A DNA stretch of 64,000 bases from an uncultured Solirubrobacterales bacterium (GCA_963724115.1 CAVRSX010000002.1:578746-642745), one strand, 5' to 3'; shown: positions 1 to 9,429, numbered from the stretch's first letter. Translations and numbers: made by a program. Notes: a model not told the origin generated them from the letters alone.

Positions 1-1485
1 GACCTGGCGCCCGGCACCACGTACGAGTACGAGGTCGAGCTCGACGGCACGAAGGTGTGGCCGTCGACGAAGTCCAAGCTGCCGCCCAGCAGCATCCGCA
101 CCTACAGCGACGACGAGCAGCCGCGGATCGCGTTCGGCTCCTGCCGTGTGGCGGTGCCGCACGAGCCGCCGTACTCGCTGACCAAGGACGAGGACGATCG
201 CGGGCGCGAGGTGGACGCCCTGCGCACCGCGGCGCTGCGCATGCGCCACGAGGACCCGGACACCTGGCCCGACCTGCTGCTGTGGGTGGGCGACCAGATC
301 TACGCCGACGAGGTCTCGCCCGAGACGCGCGAGTTCATCGAGGAGCGGCGCGACACCAGCCAGGAGCCGGGCGAGATCGCGCTGGACTTCGAGGAGTACT
401 GCAAGCTCTACTACGAGTCCTGGAACGAGCCGATCACGCGCTGGCTGCTGTCCACGGTGTCGTCGGCCATGATCTTCGACGACCACGACATCCACGACGA
501 CTGGAACACCTCGGCCGCGTGGGTGGAGGAGATCCGCAAGACCCACTGGTGGGACGAGCACATCAAGGCGGGCCTCATGTCGTACTGGATCTACCAGCAC
601 GTCGGGAACCTGAGCCCCGACGAGCAGGACCAGGACGGGCTATTGGATCGCCTCCAGCGACTCACCGACGGCACACAGGTCCTGCGTGAGTACGCGCGCG
701 GATCGGACCGCGAGGCCGGCTTCAGCCGCTGGAGCTTTCACCGCGACGTCGGCCGCACGCGCGTCGTGGTGGTGGACTCGCGCTGCGGGCGTCAGCTCGA
801 GGAGGGCAACCGCTCGCTGCTGGACGACGACGAGTGGCAGTGGGTCGAGGACCATGCCACCGGTGGCTTCGACCACCTGCTGATCGCCACCTCGCTGCCT
901 TGGCTGCTCGGGCCGGGCATGCACCACCTGGAGGCGTGGAACGAGGCAGTCTGTGCCGGCGCCTGGGGCGGCGCCGCCGCCAAGCTCGGCGAGAAGATCC
1001 GCCAGGACGTGGATCTGGAGCACTGGGCGGCTTTCAACGAGTCGTTCGAGCGCATGGCCGAGATCCAGCGTGCGGTGGGTGCCGGCGAACGCGGCGCGGC
1101 CCCGGCCAGCATCGTGACCCTGTCCGGCGACGTGCACCACGCGTACCTCAGCGAGGTGGCGTTCAAGGCGGACGCCGGAGTGCGCAGCGCCGTCTACCAG
1201 GCCGTGTGCTCGCCGATGCGCAACCCCCTGGACAGCCGCGAGCGGCGCGCGATCAAGTCCATGTTCACCCGGCCCGTGGCGGCGCTGACGCGCGCCCTGG
1301 CGCGGTCTGCCGGCGTGTCCGACCCGTCGATCCGCTGGCGCCTGGTCGGCGACGGGCCCTACTTCGACAACCAGCTGGCAACCCTGGACATCGACGGGCT
1401 GCACATCGACCTGAAGGTGGAGAAGGCGCTGCCCGCAGACGGCGACCCCATCCTGGAGTGCGTGCAGGAGACGCGGCTGGCCTGA
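1..1485 (+). CDS. PhoD-like alkaline phosphatase / metallophosphoesterase (5' end outside window)
   Basis: Frame 1 is open from base 1 (DLAPGTTYEYEVELDG...) and runs into the 55..1485 ORF. Metallophosphatase-style motifs GDQIYADE and FDDHDIHDDWN are present. Confidence 0.75.
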   Translation, partial: DLAPGTTYEYEVELDGTKVWPSTKSKLPPSSIRTYSDDEQPRIAFGSCRVAVPHEPPYSLTKDEDDRGREVDALRTAALRMRHEDPDTWPDLLLWVGDQIYADEVSPETREFIEERRDTSQEPGEIALDFEEYCKLYYESWNEPITRWLLSTVSSAMIFDDHDIHDDWNTSAAWVEEIRKTHWWDEHIKAGLMSYWIYQHVGNLSPDEQDQDGLLDRLQRLTDGTQVLREYARGSDREAGFSRWSFHRDVGRTRVVVVDSRCGRQLEEGNRSLLDDDEWQWVEDHATGGFDHLLIATSLPWLLGPGMHHLEAWNEAVCAGAWGGAAAKLGEKIRQDVDLEHWAAFNESFERMAEIQRAVGAGERGAAPASIVTLSGDVHHAYLSEVAFKADAGVRSAVYQAVCSPMRNPLDSRERRAIKSMFTRPVAALTRALARSAGVSDPSIRWRLVGDGPYFDNQLATLDIDGLHIDLKVEKALPADGDPILECVQETRLA

Positions 1486-1527
1486 CCGTTGGTTCGCCGG
1501 AGGCGGGTTTATGCTGGCCCACCCCGC

Positions 1528-3123
1528 ATGGACTACCCCGTCGAGAGCTTCAGCCCGTCCGAGCGCACCGCGCTGGCCCCTCATTTCACGAACCTCGACT
1601 CGCCCGTGTTCGGCCTGGTGGACCTGCCGGAAACGGTGAAGGGGGCGCTGTTCGCCCGTTACTCGCGCTACCAGGGCACGCTGCGGCGGCTTTACCTGGA
1701 CGAATTCGCAGCGGACGCGACCGGCGAGGCCAGGCCGTTCGACGGTGCCGAGGGCGAGCGCGCGGCCAAGCTGTACGAGCGCATCTTCCTGGGCTATGGG
1801 GACGATTCGGTGGCCCAGCTCGGCGGCGCCCACATCGCCTGCGAGTACGTGTCGAACGTGATGACCAAGGTGCTCCAGCGGGGCCGGCTGGCCTCGTACC
1901 TGGAGCAGTCCACGCGCTACATCCCGTACGACACCGAGATGGAGGGCACCGGCGGCTACCGCTACTGGCGCCATCAGGAGCTGGGGCCCGAGTACACGCG
2001 CACGATGGACCTGCTCTTCGACACGTATTCGCGCACGCTGCCGCGGGTCGAGGCGTGGGCGGCCGAGCGCTTCCCGCGCGCCGACGGTGAGAACGAAGCG
2101 GCGCACGCGCGTTCGATCCGGGCCAAGGCGCTGGACCTGCTGCGCGGCCTGCTGCCCGCCGCCTCGCTGTCGCACATGGGCATCTTCGCCAGCGGCCAGG
2201 CCTACGAGCAGATGATCCTGCGCCTGATGGCCTCGCCGCTGCCCGAAGCGCGCGACTACGGCCGGATGATCCTGAACGAGCTGAAGACGATGATGCCCAG
2301 CTTCGTCGCGCGTGTGGACCGGCCCGACCGCGGCGGCGAGTGGGTGGGCTACCTCGAGCAGCGCGGCCAGGCGGCCGACCGCTGGGCGGCACGGCTGGGC
2401 CTGGACCACACTCGCGGCGGCGAGCAGGAGGCCGGGCCGTCGGTACGGCTGCTGGACGTGCAGGGCTCCGAGGACGAGTTGCTGTCCGCTTTGCTGTTCG
2501 AGTCTGCCGCCTCGCCTGAGTCCGAGGCCCGCGCCGCGGTGCGGGCCCTTCCCCCGGACGAGCGCGCGCAGATGCTGGGCGAGCTGATCGGGGAGCGGCG
2601 CAACCGCCGCCACCGGCCCGGCCGGGGGTTCGAGTCGCTGCGCTACCGGTTCGAGGTCGTGTCCGACTACGGCGCCTTCCGCGACCTGCAGCGCCACCGG
2701 ATGCTCACCGTGCAGTGGCAGTCGCTGGGCCCCGATCTGGGCGCCGGCGTGCCCGGTGAGCTGGACGAAGCCGGCGTAGGCGACGACTACCGCCGCGCGC
2801 TCGATGCCTCACGCGCCGAGCACACCCGCCTGGTGGAAGCAGGGCTGCCCCGGCTTGCGCCGTACGCCCTCTGCCTGGGCTACCGCATCCGCTACGTGCT
2901 TGACATGAACGCGCGCGAGGCGATGCACCTGATCGAACTGCGCTCCGGGCGCGAGGGCCACCCCGGATACCGCGCGGTGGCGCACGAGTTGCACGCCCAG
3001 ATCGCCGCAGTACATCCGTCCGTTGCCGCCGCGATGGACTTCATCGACTCGGACACAGAGCCGCGGCTGGAGCGGATCCTGAGCGAAATTCGTACCCAGG
3101 CCCGCCAGACGGCGACTCAATAG
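1528..3123 (+). CDS. thyX: Long-form FAD-dependent thymidylate synthase (ThyX-like)
   Basis: The ThyX signature RHR-x7-S is present as RHRMLTVQWQS near the C-terminus. The N-terminal block ALFARYSRYQGTLRRLY is typical of long ThyX-like proteins. ATG 1528 (MDYPVESF) is preferred over TTG 1489; the start is uncertain. Confidence 0.7.
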   Translation: MDYPVESFSPSERTALAPHFTNLDSPVFGLVDLPETVKGALFARYSRYQGTLRRLYLDEFAADATGEARPFDGAEGERAAKLYERIFLGYGDDSVAQLGGAHIACEYVSNVMTKVLQRGRLASYLEQSTRYIPYDTEMEGTGGYRYWRHQELGPEYTRTMDLLFDTYSRTLPRVEAWAAERFPRADGENEAAHARSIRAKALDLLRGLLPAASLSHMGIFASGQAYEQMILRLMASPLPEARDYGRMILNELKTMMPSFVARVDRPDRGGEWVGYLEQRGQAADRWAARLGLDHTRGGEQEAGPSVRLLDVQGSEDELLSALLFESAASPESEARAAVRALPPDERAQMLGELIGERRNRRHRPGRGFESLRYRFEVVSDYGAFRDLQRHRMLTVQWQSLGPDLGAGVPGELDEAGVGDDYRRALDASRAEHTRLVEAGLPRLAPYALCLGYRIRYVLDMNAREAMHLIELRSGREGHPGYRAVAHELHAQIAAVHPSVAAAMDFIDSDTEPRLERILSEIRTQARQTATQ

Positions 3124-3142
3124 CGCCGCAACTTTGGCGCTA
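3121..3142 (+). terminator. Stem-loop overlapping the thyX stop codon (7-bp stem TAGCGCC/GGCGCTA, 8-nt loop), no U-tract
   Basis: Perfect inverted repeat read directly from the sequence. It lies at the end of the ThyX-like gene. No T-run follows, so a terminator function is tentative. Confidence 0.3.
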
Positions 3143-3191
3143 AGGGGAGTTGAAGGGGCAACCCCCAACCACCAAGTAGGAGGCAACCCCT

Positions 3192-4187
3192 GTGAAGCAG
3201 CGTAGCGGAAGGATCGGGCTCAGCCTGACCATTCTCGCCGCATTCTCATGCCTCTTCGCCGCCACTGCGCTGGCCGCGACGATCGTGGGAACCAACGGCA
3301 AGGACAGGCTCAACGGCTCGAACGACGCAGACACCATCGACGGCCGCGGCGGCAAGGACCGCATCAACGCCCGCGGCGGCGACGACAACGTCCGAGGCGG
3401 CGCCGGCTTCGACCGGATCTTCGCCGGCGACGGCAACGACAAGGCCAATGGAAACCGGGGCCGCGACGTGGTCCGCGGTGGCAACGGCGACGACAACCTC
3501 GGCGGCGGTGGTGGTGCCCCCGGGCGCCGTGCCGACCTGTTGTTCGGCAACGCCGGCAACGACACCGTCAACGGCGGTGCCGGCTGGGACTTCATCGCCG
3601 GCAACCTCGGCAACGACACCCTGAACGGCGGCGGCGGCAAGGACCGCATCTTCGGCGGCAAGGGTGACGACACCGTGAACGGCGGCCCCGGTGCCCCGTT
3701 CAGCCAGAGGCGTTTCGAGGACCGCCTGCACGGCGGCGACGGCAACGACAAGGTCAACGGCGGCAACGGCCGGGATCTCATCTCCGGCGGTGCCAACGAC
3801 GACATCTCGACCGGCGGCCCGGGTGCGGATCGCATCTTCGCCAACCTGGGTACCGACCAGTCGTTCGGCGGCGACGGTGCCGACGACCTGTGGGCCCTGG
3901 CCCGCGGTGACGTGGCCTTCCAGGGCGACCCGATCGGGGACGCGCTGACCGGCGGAAACGGCAACGACAGGTTCCACACCCGCGACGGCGAGGTCGACCG
4001 GATCGACTGCGGCGCCGGCCGTGACCGTGCCCTGCTCGACCAGTTCGACGTGATCGTGGATGCCACCCCGGCAAACTCGAACGGCTCGTGTGAGAACACC
4101 GTTCGCAGCTCGGTGCCGGAGTCGGATGCCGAGGAGAACAAGGCCAGCGACCCGGCCGAGGACAAGAAGGAGGACGGCAAGCCCTGA
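3192..4187 (+). CDS. Secreted calcium-binding protein with hemolysin-type (RTX) nonapeptide repeats
   Basis: GTG start 8 nt after an AGGAGG site. N-terminal signal peptide (LAAFSCLFAATALAATIVG). Many GGxGxDxUx-like repeats (GGKDRINARGGDDNVRGGAGFDRIFAGDGNDKANG...). Confidence 0.8.
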   Translation: MKQRSGRIGLSLTILAAFSCLFAATALAATIVGTNGKDRLNGSNDADTIDGRGGKDRINARGGDDNVRGGAGFDRIFAGDGNDKANGNRGRDVVRGGNGDDNLGGGGGAPGRRADLLFGNAGNDTVNGGAGWDFIAGNLGNDTLNGGGGKDRIFGGKGDDTVNGGPGAPFSQRRFEDRLHGGDGNDKVNGGNGRDLISGGANDDISTGGPGADRIFANLGTDQSFGGDGADDLWALARGDVAFQGDPIGDALTGGNGNDRFHTRDGEVDRIDCGAGRDRALLDQFDVIVDATPANSNGSCENTVRSSVPESDAEENKASDPAEDKKEDGKP

Positions 4188-4221
4188 AGCCCGGATGGCT
4201 TCGCAGTAGGACTGCTGTCCC

Positions 4222-4251
4222 AACGGGGCCCGGATTCGTCCGGGCCCCGTT
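4222..4251 (+). terminator. Intrinsic-terminator-like hairpin (13-bp perfect stem, TTCG loop) after the RTX-repeat gene
   Basis: AACGGGGCCCGGA-TTCG-TCCGGGCCCCGTT followed by GTGGTT. It sits 35 nt downstream of the stop at 4187. Confidence 0.55.
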
Positions 4252-4287
4252 GTGGTTCCGGGGCACGTAGCTGATTAGCTTCGCCGC

Positions 4288-4956
4288 GTGCTGCACGAGC
4301 GTCGCATCTGCCCCTCGATCCTGGCCGCCGACTTCGCCCGCCTGGGCGACCAGGTGGCCGCCGTGATGGACGCCGGGGCGAAGGTCATCCACGTGGACGT
4401 GATGGACGGGCACTTCGTCCCGCCGATCTCCATCGGTGCGGCGGTGACCAAGGCCCTGGACGCCCAGGTGCACGGCGCCGGCGGGTGGCTGGACGTGCAC
4501 CTGATGGTCGAACGCCCCGAGCGTCACGTGGCCGAGTTCGCCGACGCGGGTGCCGACTCGATCGCGGTGCACTTCGAGGCCACCCCGCACATCCACTTCG
4601 CGCTCAAGGCCGTCCGCGAGGCCGGCTGCCACGCGGGTCTGGCGCTCAATCCCGGTACCCCGGTCGGCGTGGTGGACGGGCTGCACGGCTCCTTTGACCA
4701 CCTGCTGTGCATGACGGTCAACCCCGGCTGGGGTGGCCAGAAGTGGATCCCCGAGTCGAACGCGCGCATCGACACTCTCCGTTCGCTGCTGCCGGGCGAC
4801 GTACCGATCCAGGTCGATGGCGGCGTGGACGCCGACACGGCCGCGCCGGCGGTCACGGCGGGCGCCACGCTGCTGGTAGCGGGATCGTCGGTGTTCGGCG
4901 CCGCGGATCCCGTGGCCGCCTACGAGGGTCTGGCACATGCCGCCGGCGCCGTGTAG
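4288..4956 (+). CDS. rpe: Ribulose-phosphate 3-epimerase
   Basis: The N-terminus ICPSILAADFARLGDQV...HVDVMDGHFVPPISIG and the C-terminal VDGGV...AGATLLVAGSSVF are canonical Rpe blocks. Confidence 0.9.
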   Translation: MLHERRICPSILAADFARLGDQVAAVMDAGAKVIHVDVMDGHFVPPISIGAAVTKALDAQVHGAGGWLDVHLMVERPERHVAEFADAGADSIAVHFEATPHIHFALKAVREAGCHAGLALNPGTPVGVVDGLHGSFDHLLCMTVNPGWGGQKWIPESNARIDTLRSLLPGDVPIQVDGGVDADTAAPAVTAGATLLVAGSSVFGAADPVAAYEGLAHAAGAV

Positions 4957-5010
4957 CCTCCGGCGCCAGCATTAGGGGAGCAAAGACACCGCCTGGGGAG
5001 GCGCCAACTG

Positions 5011-7362
5011 ATGAATCGCCGTCGTGTCGCCATACTCGTAGCCCTTGCCGCGCTGTTCGCTCTGCCGGCAACGGCCGTGGCCGGCCACAACCTGAAGATG
5101 ACGCTGGACCACGCCGGCCAGCCGATCCAGCTCGAGGCGCCCCCGTCCAACGCCTTCACCTCCGGCGGCCCCGGCGCCAAGTGGGAGCTGCTGAGGACCT
5201 TCCCGACCGGCAACCCCCACACCGACGTCGACTTCTTCACCCAGGGAGCCAACACGTTCGTCTCCGCCGGCACGCTGGGCATCGGGCCCAACCAGGGTGG
5301 CCAGGAGATCTTCCAGCTGACCGACGGCGGCAAGGTGGCGCCCAAGCCGGTGTCCAGCCACGGCTCCGCGTCCTGCCTGAGCAACGCCGCCGACGCGACC
5401 GGCCTCCAGCACGACGTGGAGGCCACGCCGAAGGGCAACGCGATCCTGAACGCGGATGTCACAAGCGCGTCACGCGAGGACACCCAGCTGCTCCTGGACG
5501 CGACCGACGCCCCCGGGCGCTGCCACGACCAGGGCGTGTTCGGCGCGGAGGGCGTGCCCCAGGGCGGGCTCGAGATCATCGACGTCACGGACATCAAGAA
5601 CCCGGTCGAGATCGGCTTCACCAGCCACATCGGCGAGGCGCACACTGTGAACGTGGACCCGCGCCGCCCGCACATCGCCTACGCGTCCACCTCTGACTCG
5701 ATCGGGGTGAACCCCGCCGGGGCGCGCAACAACGAGACGGGCAGCTCGCTGAACCTGGACGGCTTCGAGATGGTCGACCTGTCCAGCTGCATGAACTTCC
5801 CGGCCGGCACCACGGTCGCGGCCAAGCGCGCGCGCTGCCGGCCACAGGTCTACCGCTACCGCTATCCGTCGATCGACATGGCGCTCGGCCACACCAACAA
5901 GAACAGCGTCTACGGCTGCCATGAGCTGGAGGTCTACCCCGACGACAGGCTGATGTGCGCCGGCGGCAACGCGCTGATCGGCATGGACATGAGCGGTGCG
6001 TTCGACAACCGCGGCACGCCGGCCAACCCGCGCGACGACAAGCCGCGCGGCACCGCGCTGCCGTGCACGGTGCGCGACAGCTCGTCGGCGCCGCCGTTCG
6101 GCACCGGCGCGAAGATCGTGGACTGCGTGGACGGACCCGCAGCGACCACCACCGACCTGGGCGTGCCTGGCTGGAAGGCCCAGGGCTCGCCGTCGCTGAC
6201 CGGCGTGCGCTGGATCGGCAGCGCGTTCCACCAGGGCCGTGAGTCCGCCACGGGCGCGGCCAACCCCGCGTTCGACTCCACCAAGGACATCGACTTCAAC
6301 CACGAGGCGGAGCTGACGGCTTCCGGGCGCTACCTGCTGGCCACCGACGAGCGCGGCGGCGGCATCCTGCCTCCGGGCGCCACGTGCAGCACGACCGGTG
6401 ACGTCAGCGTGGGCAACGGCGGCGTGCACCTGTACGACGTGAACAAGCTGCTGCACCGGCGCCCCACCAGCGCCGACGACGCGTTCAGCTCATACGCCAA
6501 GAACTCCAAGGGCGCCAAGGCGATCTACCGCGCGCCCATCCGCACGCGCCCGCAGGAGAGCATCTGCACGGCGCACGTGTTCCAGCAGATCCCGGGACAG
6601 AACCGGATCTTCATGGGCTGGTACTCGCAGGGCACCCAGGTGGTGGACTTCACCGAGAACGCCGACGGCACCGTCGACTTCAAGGAGGCCGGCTACTTCA
6701 TCCCGGCCAGCGCGAACGAGTGGGTCTCGCACATCTTCAAGGTCGACCGCAACGCCGACGGCAGCTTCACCTACTACGGCACCACGGCGGACTTCGCGCT
6801 GGGCTCGGCCGGGCGCAACGCCGTCGAGGTGTACAAGGCGACGCTGCCGGCGCCGCCCACGCCGCGCGGGCGCCTGGCCGGCACCGGGGCGGGCTTCCAG
6901 CCCACCCCCTGCCTGGCCAGCAAGGTCAGGATCGGGCGCAAGAACATCGGCCGGCTGAAGCTGGGCCAGGGCAAGAAGGCAACCGCCCGCCGCGCCGGGC
7001 CGCCGCTGGGCAACATCTCGCGCAAGACCCGCACCTACCGCTACTGCGTGAAGAAGAGCAAGAAGGCACGCGGCGTAGCGGTGTTCGACACCAAGGGCCG
7101 GATCCGGATCGCCGCCACCAACCGCGGCAGCCACCGGTATGGCAAGACCACGCCCGGCACGCGCGTCAAGACGCTGCGCAAGCGCTATGGCAAGCGCCTG
7201 CGCAAGCTCAGCAAGACGACCCGGGTGGTGCGCTCCAAACGCGGCGCGGTGGTGTTCGGGCTGCGCAAGGGCAAGGTCAGCTACATCGCCGTGGCCGACC
7301 GGAGCGTGGCCCGCAAGGGCAAGACACTGCGCGGCTACGTGAAGCGCCTGGGCCTACGCTGA
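5011..7362 (+). CDS. Secreted beta-propeller-like protein (LVIVD-repeat-like) with an extremely Lys/Arg-rich C-terminal domain
   Basis: Signal peptide (VALAALFALPATAVAG). Repeated blocks resemble LVIVD-type propellers (HTVNVDPRRPHIAYAS, CHELEVYPDDRLMCAG, GGVHLYDV). The last ~160 aa are K/R-rich. Family assignment is from memory only. Confidence 0.6.
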   Translation: MNRRRVAILVALAALFALPATAVAGHNLKMTLDHAGQPIQLEAPPSNAFTSGGPGAKWELLRTFPTGNPHTDVDFFTQGANTFVSAGTLGIGPNQGGQEIFQLTDGGKVAPKPVSSHGSASCLSNAADATGLQHDVEATPKGNAILNADVTSASREDTQLLLDATDAPGRCHDQGVFGAEGVPQGGLEIIDVTDIKNPVEIGFTSHIGEAHTVNVDPRRPHIAYASTSDSIGVNPAGARNNETGSSLNLDGFEMVDLSSCMNFPAGTTVAAKRARCRPQVYRYRYPSIDMALGHTNKNSVYGCHELEVYPDDRLMCAGGNALIGMDMSGAFDNRGTPANPRDDKPRGTALPCTVRDSSSAPPFGTGAKIVDCVDGPAATTTDLGVPGWKAQGSPSLTGVRWIGSAFHQGRESATGAANPAFDSTKDIDFNHEAELTASGRYLLATDERGGGILPPGATCSTTGDVSVGNGGVHLYDVNKLLHRRPTSADDAFSSYAKNSKGAKAIYRAPIRTRPQESICTAHVFQQIPGQNRIFMGWYSQGTQVVDFTENADGTVDFKEAGYFIPASANEWVSHIFKVDRNADGSFTYYGTTADFALGSAGRNAVEVYKATLPAPPTPRGRLAGTGAGFQPTPCLASKVRIGRKNIGRLKLGQGKKATARRAGPPLGNISRKTRTYRYCVKKSKKARGVAVFDTKGRIRIAATNRGSHRYGKTTPGTRVKTLRKRYGKRLRKLSKTTRVVRSKRGAVVFGLRKGKVSYIAVADRSVARKGKTLRGYVKRLGLR

Positions 7363-7366
7363 GGGT

Positions 7367-7759
7367 GTGACAAGCGAGCTGAAGGCCGGCGCCGTCCTGG
7401 CGGCGTTGTTGGCCGTCGCGGGGATCGCCCTGGCGCTGGCCGCCGGCGGTGACGAGGACCCCAAGGGCGCGCGCATGACGCTGGAGAACAGCGTAAGCCC
7501 CACGGGCCTGGGTGAGGTGCTGGGCACGGTCACCGGTGACGCCGAGGTGGCCCCCGGCGCCACCAATGTGACGTTCCGCTGCCTGGACCGGCGCGGGCGC
7601 CCGGTGACCGCCGCGCGCCATCCGTGGCCGCTGCAGAAGGACGGCCCGGACCCGGCGCCGCATATCCATCAGCCCGCGTCGCCGCGCGAGCTGAAGCGGA
7701 TCGAGCGCTGCCGCCTGGGCACACAGCCGCCGCTCACGGCCATCATGCCGCTGCGCTGA
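7367..7759 (+). CDS. Hypothetical membrane-anchored protein
   Basis: N-terminal hydrophobic helix (AVLAALLAVAGIALALAAGG). It starts 5 nt after the preceding gene on the same strand. I recognise no family. Confidence 0.45.
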   Translation: MTSELKAGAVLAALLAVAGIALALAAGGDEDPKGARMTLENSVSPTGLGEVLGTVTGDAEVAPGATNVTFRCLDRRGRPVTAARHPWPLQKDGPDPAPHIHQPASPRELKRIERCRLGTQPPLTAIMPLR

Positions 7760-7768
7760 AATAGTGCC

Positions 7769-8572
7769 ATGGAAGAGCTGCTGGCCTGTCCCGTGTGCCG
7801 CGAGCACCTGGCGCGCTACGAGCGCGTGCTGCGCTGTCCCGCGGGCCACTCGTTCGACATCGCCCGCCAGGGCTACGTGAACCTGGCCGCCCAGGGAGCC
7901 GCCGCCGGCGACGACGCCGCCATGGTCGCGGCCCGCGCCGGCTTCCTGGACGGCGGCTGGTTCGGACCGCTGACCAGGGCGCTCCGGGAGGCGGTCGCGG
8001 ATGCGGCGCCCGGAGCGGTGGTCGAGATCGGCGCCGGTACCGGCCACCACCTGGCGGCGGCGGTTGGCGATCGGACCGGCGTGGCCATCGACGCCTCGCC
8101 CTACGCGGCCCGCCGCGCCGCGCGCGCCCATCCACGTGTGTCCTCGGTGGTGGCCGACGCCTGGCGCCGGCTGCCGCTTCGCGATGGCTGTGCGGCCGTG
8201 GTCATGGTGGTGTTCGCCCCGCGCGGGGGTGCCGAGATCGCCCGCGTGCTCGCCCCGGGCGGGACCGTGGTGGTGGCCACGGCGTCGAAGGCTCACCTGT
8301 CCGAACTGGCGGCGCCGCTGGGGCTCCTGGCGGTGGGCCCGCACAAGCAGGAGCGCCTGCGCGACACGCTGGGATCACAGCTGAAGCGCATAGACAGCCG
8401 CGAGCTGAAGTGGTCGATGCGGCTGGACCGCCCCGCGGCCCTGGCACTGGCGGCCATGGGGCCGTCTGCGCGGCACACCAACCCGTCGGACCTGGACCGG
8501 CGAGTGCGAGCGCTGCCCGAGCCGATCGACACGACCGGTGCCGTCACGCTCTCGCGCTGGCAGGCGGGCTGA
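7769..8572 (+). CDS. RlmA-like 23S rRNA (guanine-N1)-methyltransferase
   Basis: N-terminal Zn-finger-like CPVC...RCPAGHSFDIARQGYVNL followed by the SAM-binding motif VVEIGAGTG. This is the layout of RlmA/RrmA family proteins. Confidence 0.7.
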   Translation: MEELLACPVCREHLARYERVLRCPAGHSFDIARQGYVNLAAQGAAAGDDAAMVAARAGFLDGGWFGPLTRALREAVADAAPGAVVEIGAGTGHHLAAAVGDRTGVAIDASPYAARRAARAHPRVSSVVADAWRRLPLRDGCAAVVMVVFAPRGGAEIARVLAPGGTVVVATASKAHLSELAAPLGLLAVGPHKQERLRDTLGSQLKRIDSRELKWSMRLDRPAALALAAMGPSARHTNPSDLDRRVRALPEPIDTTGAVTLSRWQAG

Positions 8573-8574
8573 GC

Positions 8575-9429
8575 TCAGTGGCTGCCGCGGCGCTTCTTCT
8601 TGCGCGAGGCGGGCCGCTCACGCGGCTCCCCTGGCTCCGGCTCGGGCTCCGGCTCCGGCACGTCCACCTGCTCCTGCGGACCGTCGGCGGCGGCCTGCCG
8701 AGCGGCCTGGGCGTCGGCGGCGGTGGGCCACGGGATCGCCTCCACCACGCTCCAGGCGGGACCGCGTCCACCCGGCCAGCGACCCAGGAACAGCACGCCC
8801 AGCGCGACGATCCAGAACAGCTGCACCACCGGGGCGCCCCCGGGGATCAGCGGTAGCGCCAGCAGCGCCCCGACGATGACCCCGAGGATGCCCATGAAGC
8901 GGCTGAGCAGTCCGGCGCGCATGGCGTTGATGCTGACCAGCACGTAGGCAATGGCCATGAACAGCGTCCCCCCTGCCTGAACAGCGCCACTGACCACGGA
9001 CCGGTCGTCCAGCAGATCCTCGGCGCGAGCGTTGGTGGCCGGGCCGGAGCTCACGAAGTCCTCGGCGATCTGACCGAGATCGAGCTGGGTCAGCACCCCG
9101 CCGACGGTCAGCAGGACCGGCGCCAGGAGGATCAGCGGCCAGAGAAACCTCAGGCCCTCCTCGCGGCGCGCCATGGTGGCCCGAGCGAGGTAGAAGAGCA
9201 CGGCCGCCAGTGAGAAATAGGCCACGGCCTGCAGGCCCAGGCTGAGAAAGAACTCGCCGCGGTGGTCGTCGATCCGGATGAGCGCCTCGCGCTCGTTGCC
9301 CCCGCCACCACCGATGGCCAGCACCTGGACAAGAAAGGCGCCCAGGGAGAACAGCGCGCTTGCGAACGCCGCCGCGGCGAACCGCGGGGCGTTATCGGCC
9401 TCCCACTGAAGCTGCTGTTCGTCGCTCAC
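8575..9429 (-). CDS. Hypothetical multi-pass membrane protein with a PEPEPE/basic C-terminal tail
   Basis: Several hydrophobic helices. GTG start in a GTGA overlap with the upstream small ORF. No family recognised. Confidence 0.55.
   Translation of the reverse strand: MSDEQQLQWEADNAPRFAAAAFASALFSLGAFLVQVLAIGGGGGNEREALIRIDDHRGEFFLSLGLQAVAYFSLAAVLFYLARATMARREEGLRFLWPLILLAPVLLTVGGVLTQLDLGQIAEDFVSSGPATNARAEDLLDDRSVVSGAVQAGGTLFMAIAYVLVSINAMRAGLLSRFMGILGVIVGALLALPLIPGGAPVVQLFWIVALGVLFLGRWPGGRGPAWSVVEAIPWPTAADAQAARQAAADGPQEQVDVPEPEPEPEPGEPRERPASRKKKRRGSH

Noticed and set aside
640-2697. 685-aa minus-strand ORF antisense to the PhoD-like and ThyX-like genes. Many similar long shadow ORFs occur throughout the track.
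   Set aside because: Its composition is Arg/Ala/Gly/Pro-dominated with no recognisable motifs. It spans two well-supported genes on the opposite strand. This is the typical open-frame artefact of very GC-rich DNA, where stop codons are rare.
3330-3960. Repetitive DNA in the RTX-repeat gene, considered as a possible repeat or mobile element.
   Set aside because: The periodicity is the 9-codon GGxGxD protein repeat in a single intact ORF. It is protein-level repetition only.
8600-8665. Short tandem GGCTCC/GGCTCG repeats that could suggest a repeat array.
   Set aside because: They lie inside the minus-strand membrane-protein CDS and encode its PEPEPEPEPGEP tail. The unit is only 6 nt and there are no spacers, so this is not CRISPR-like.
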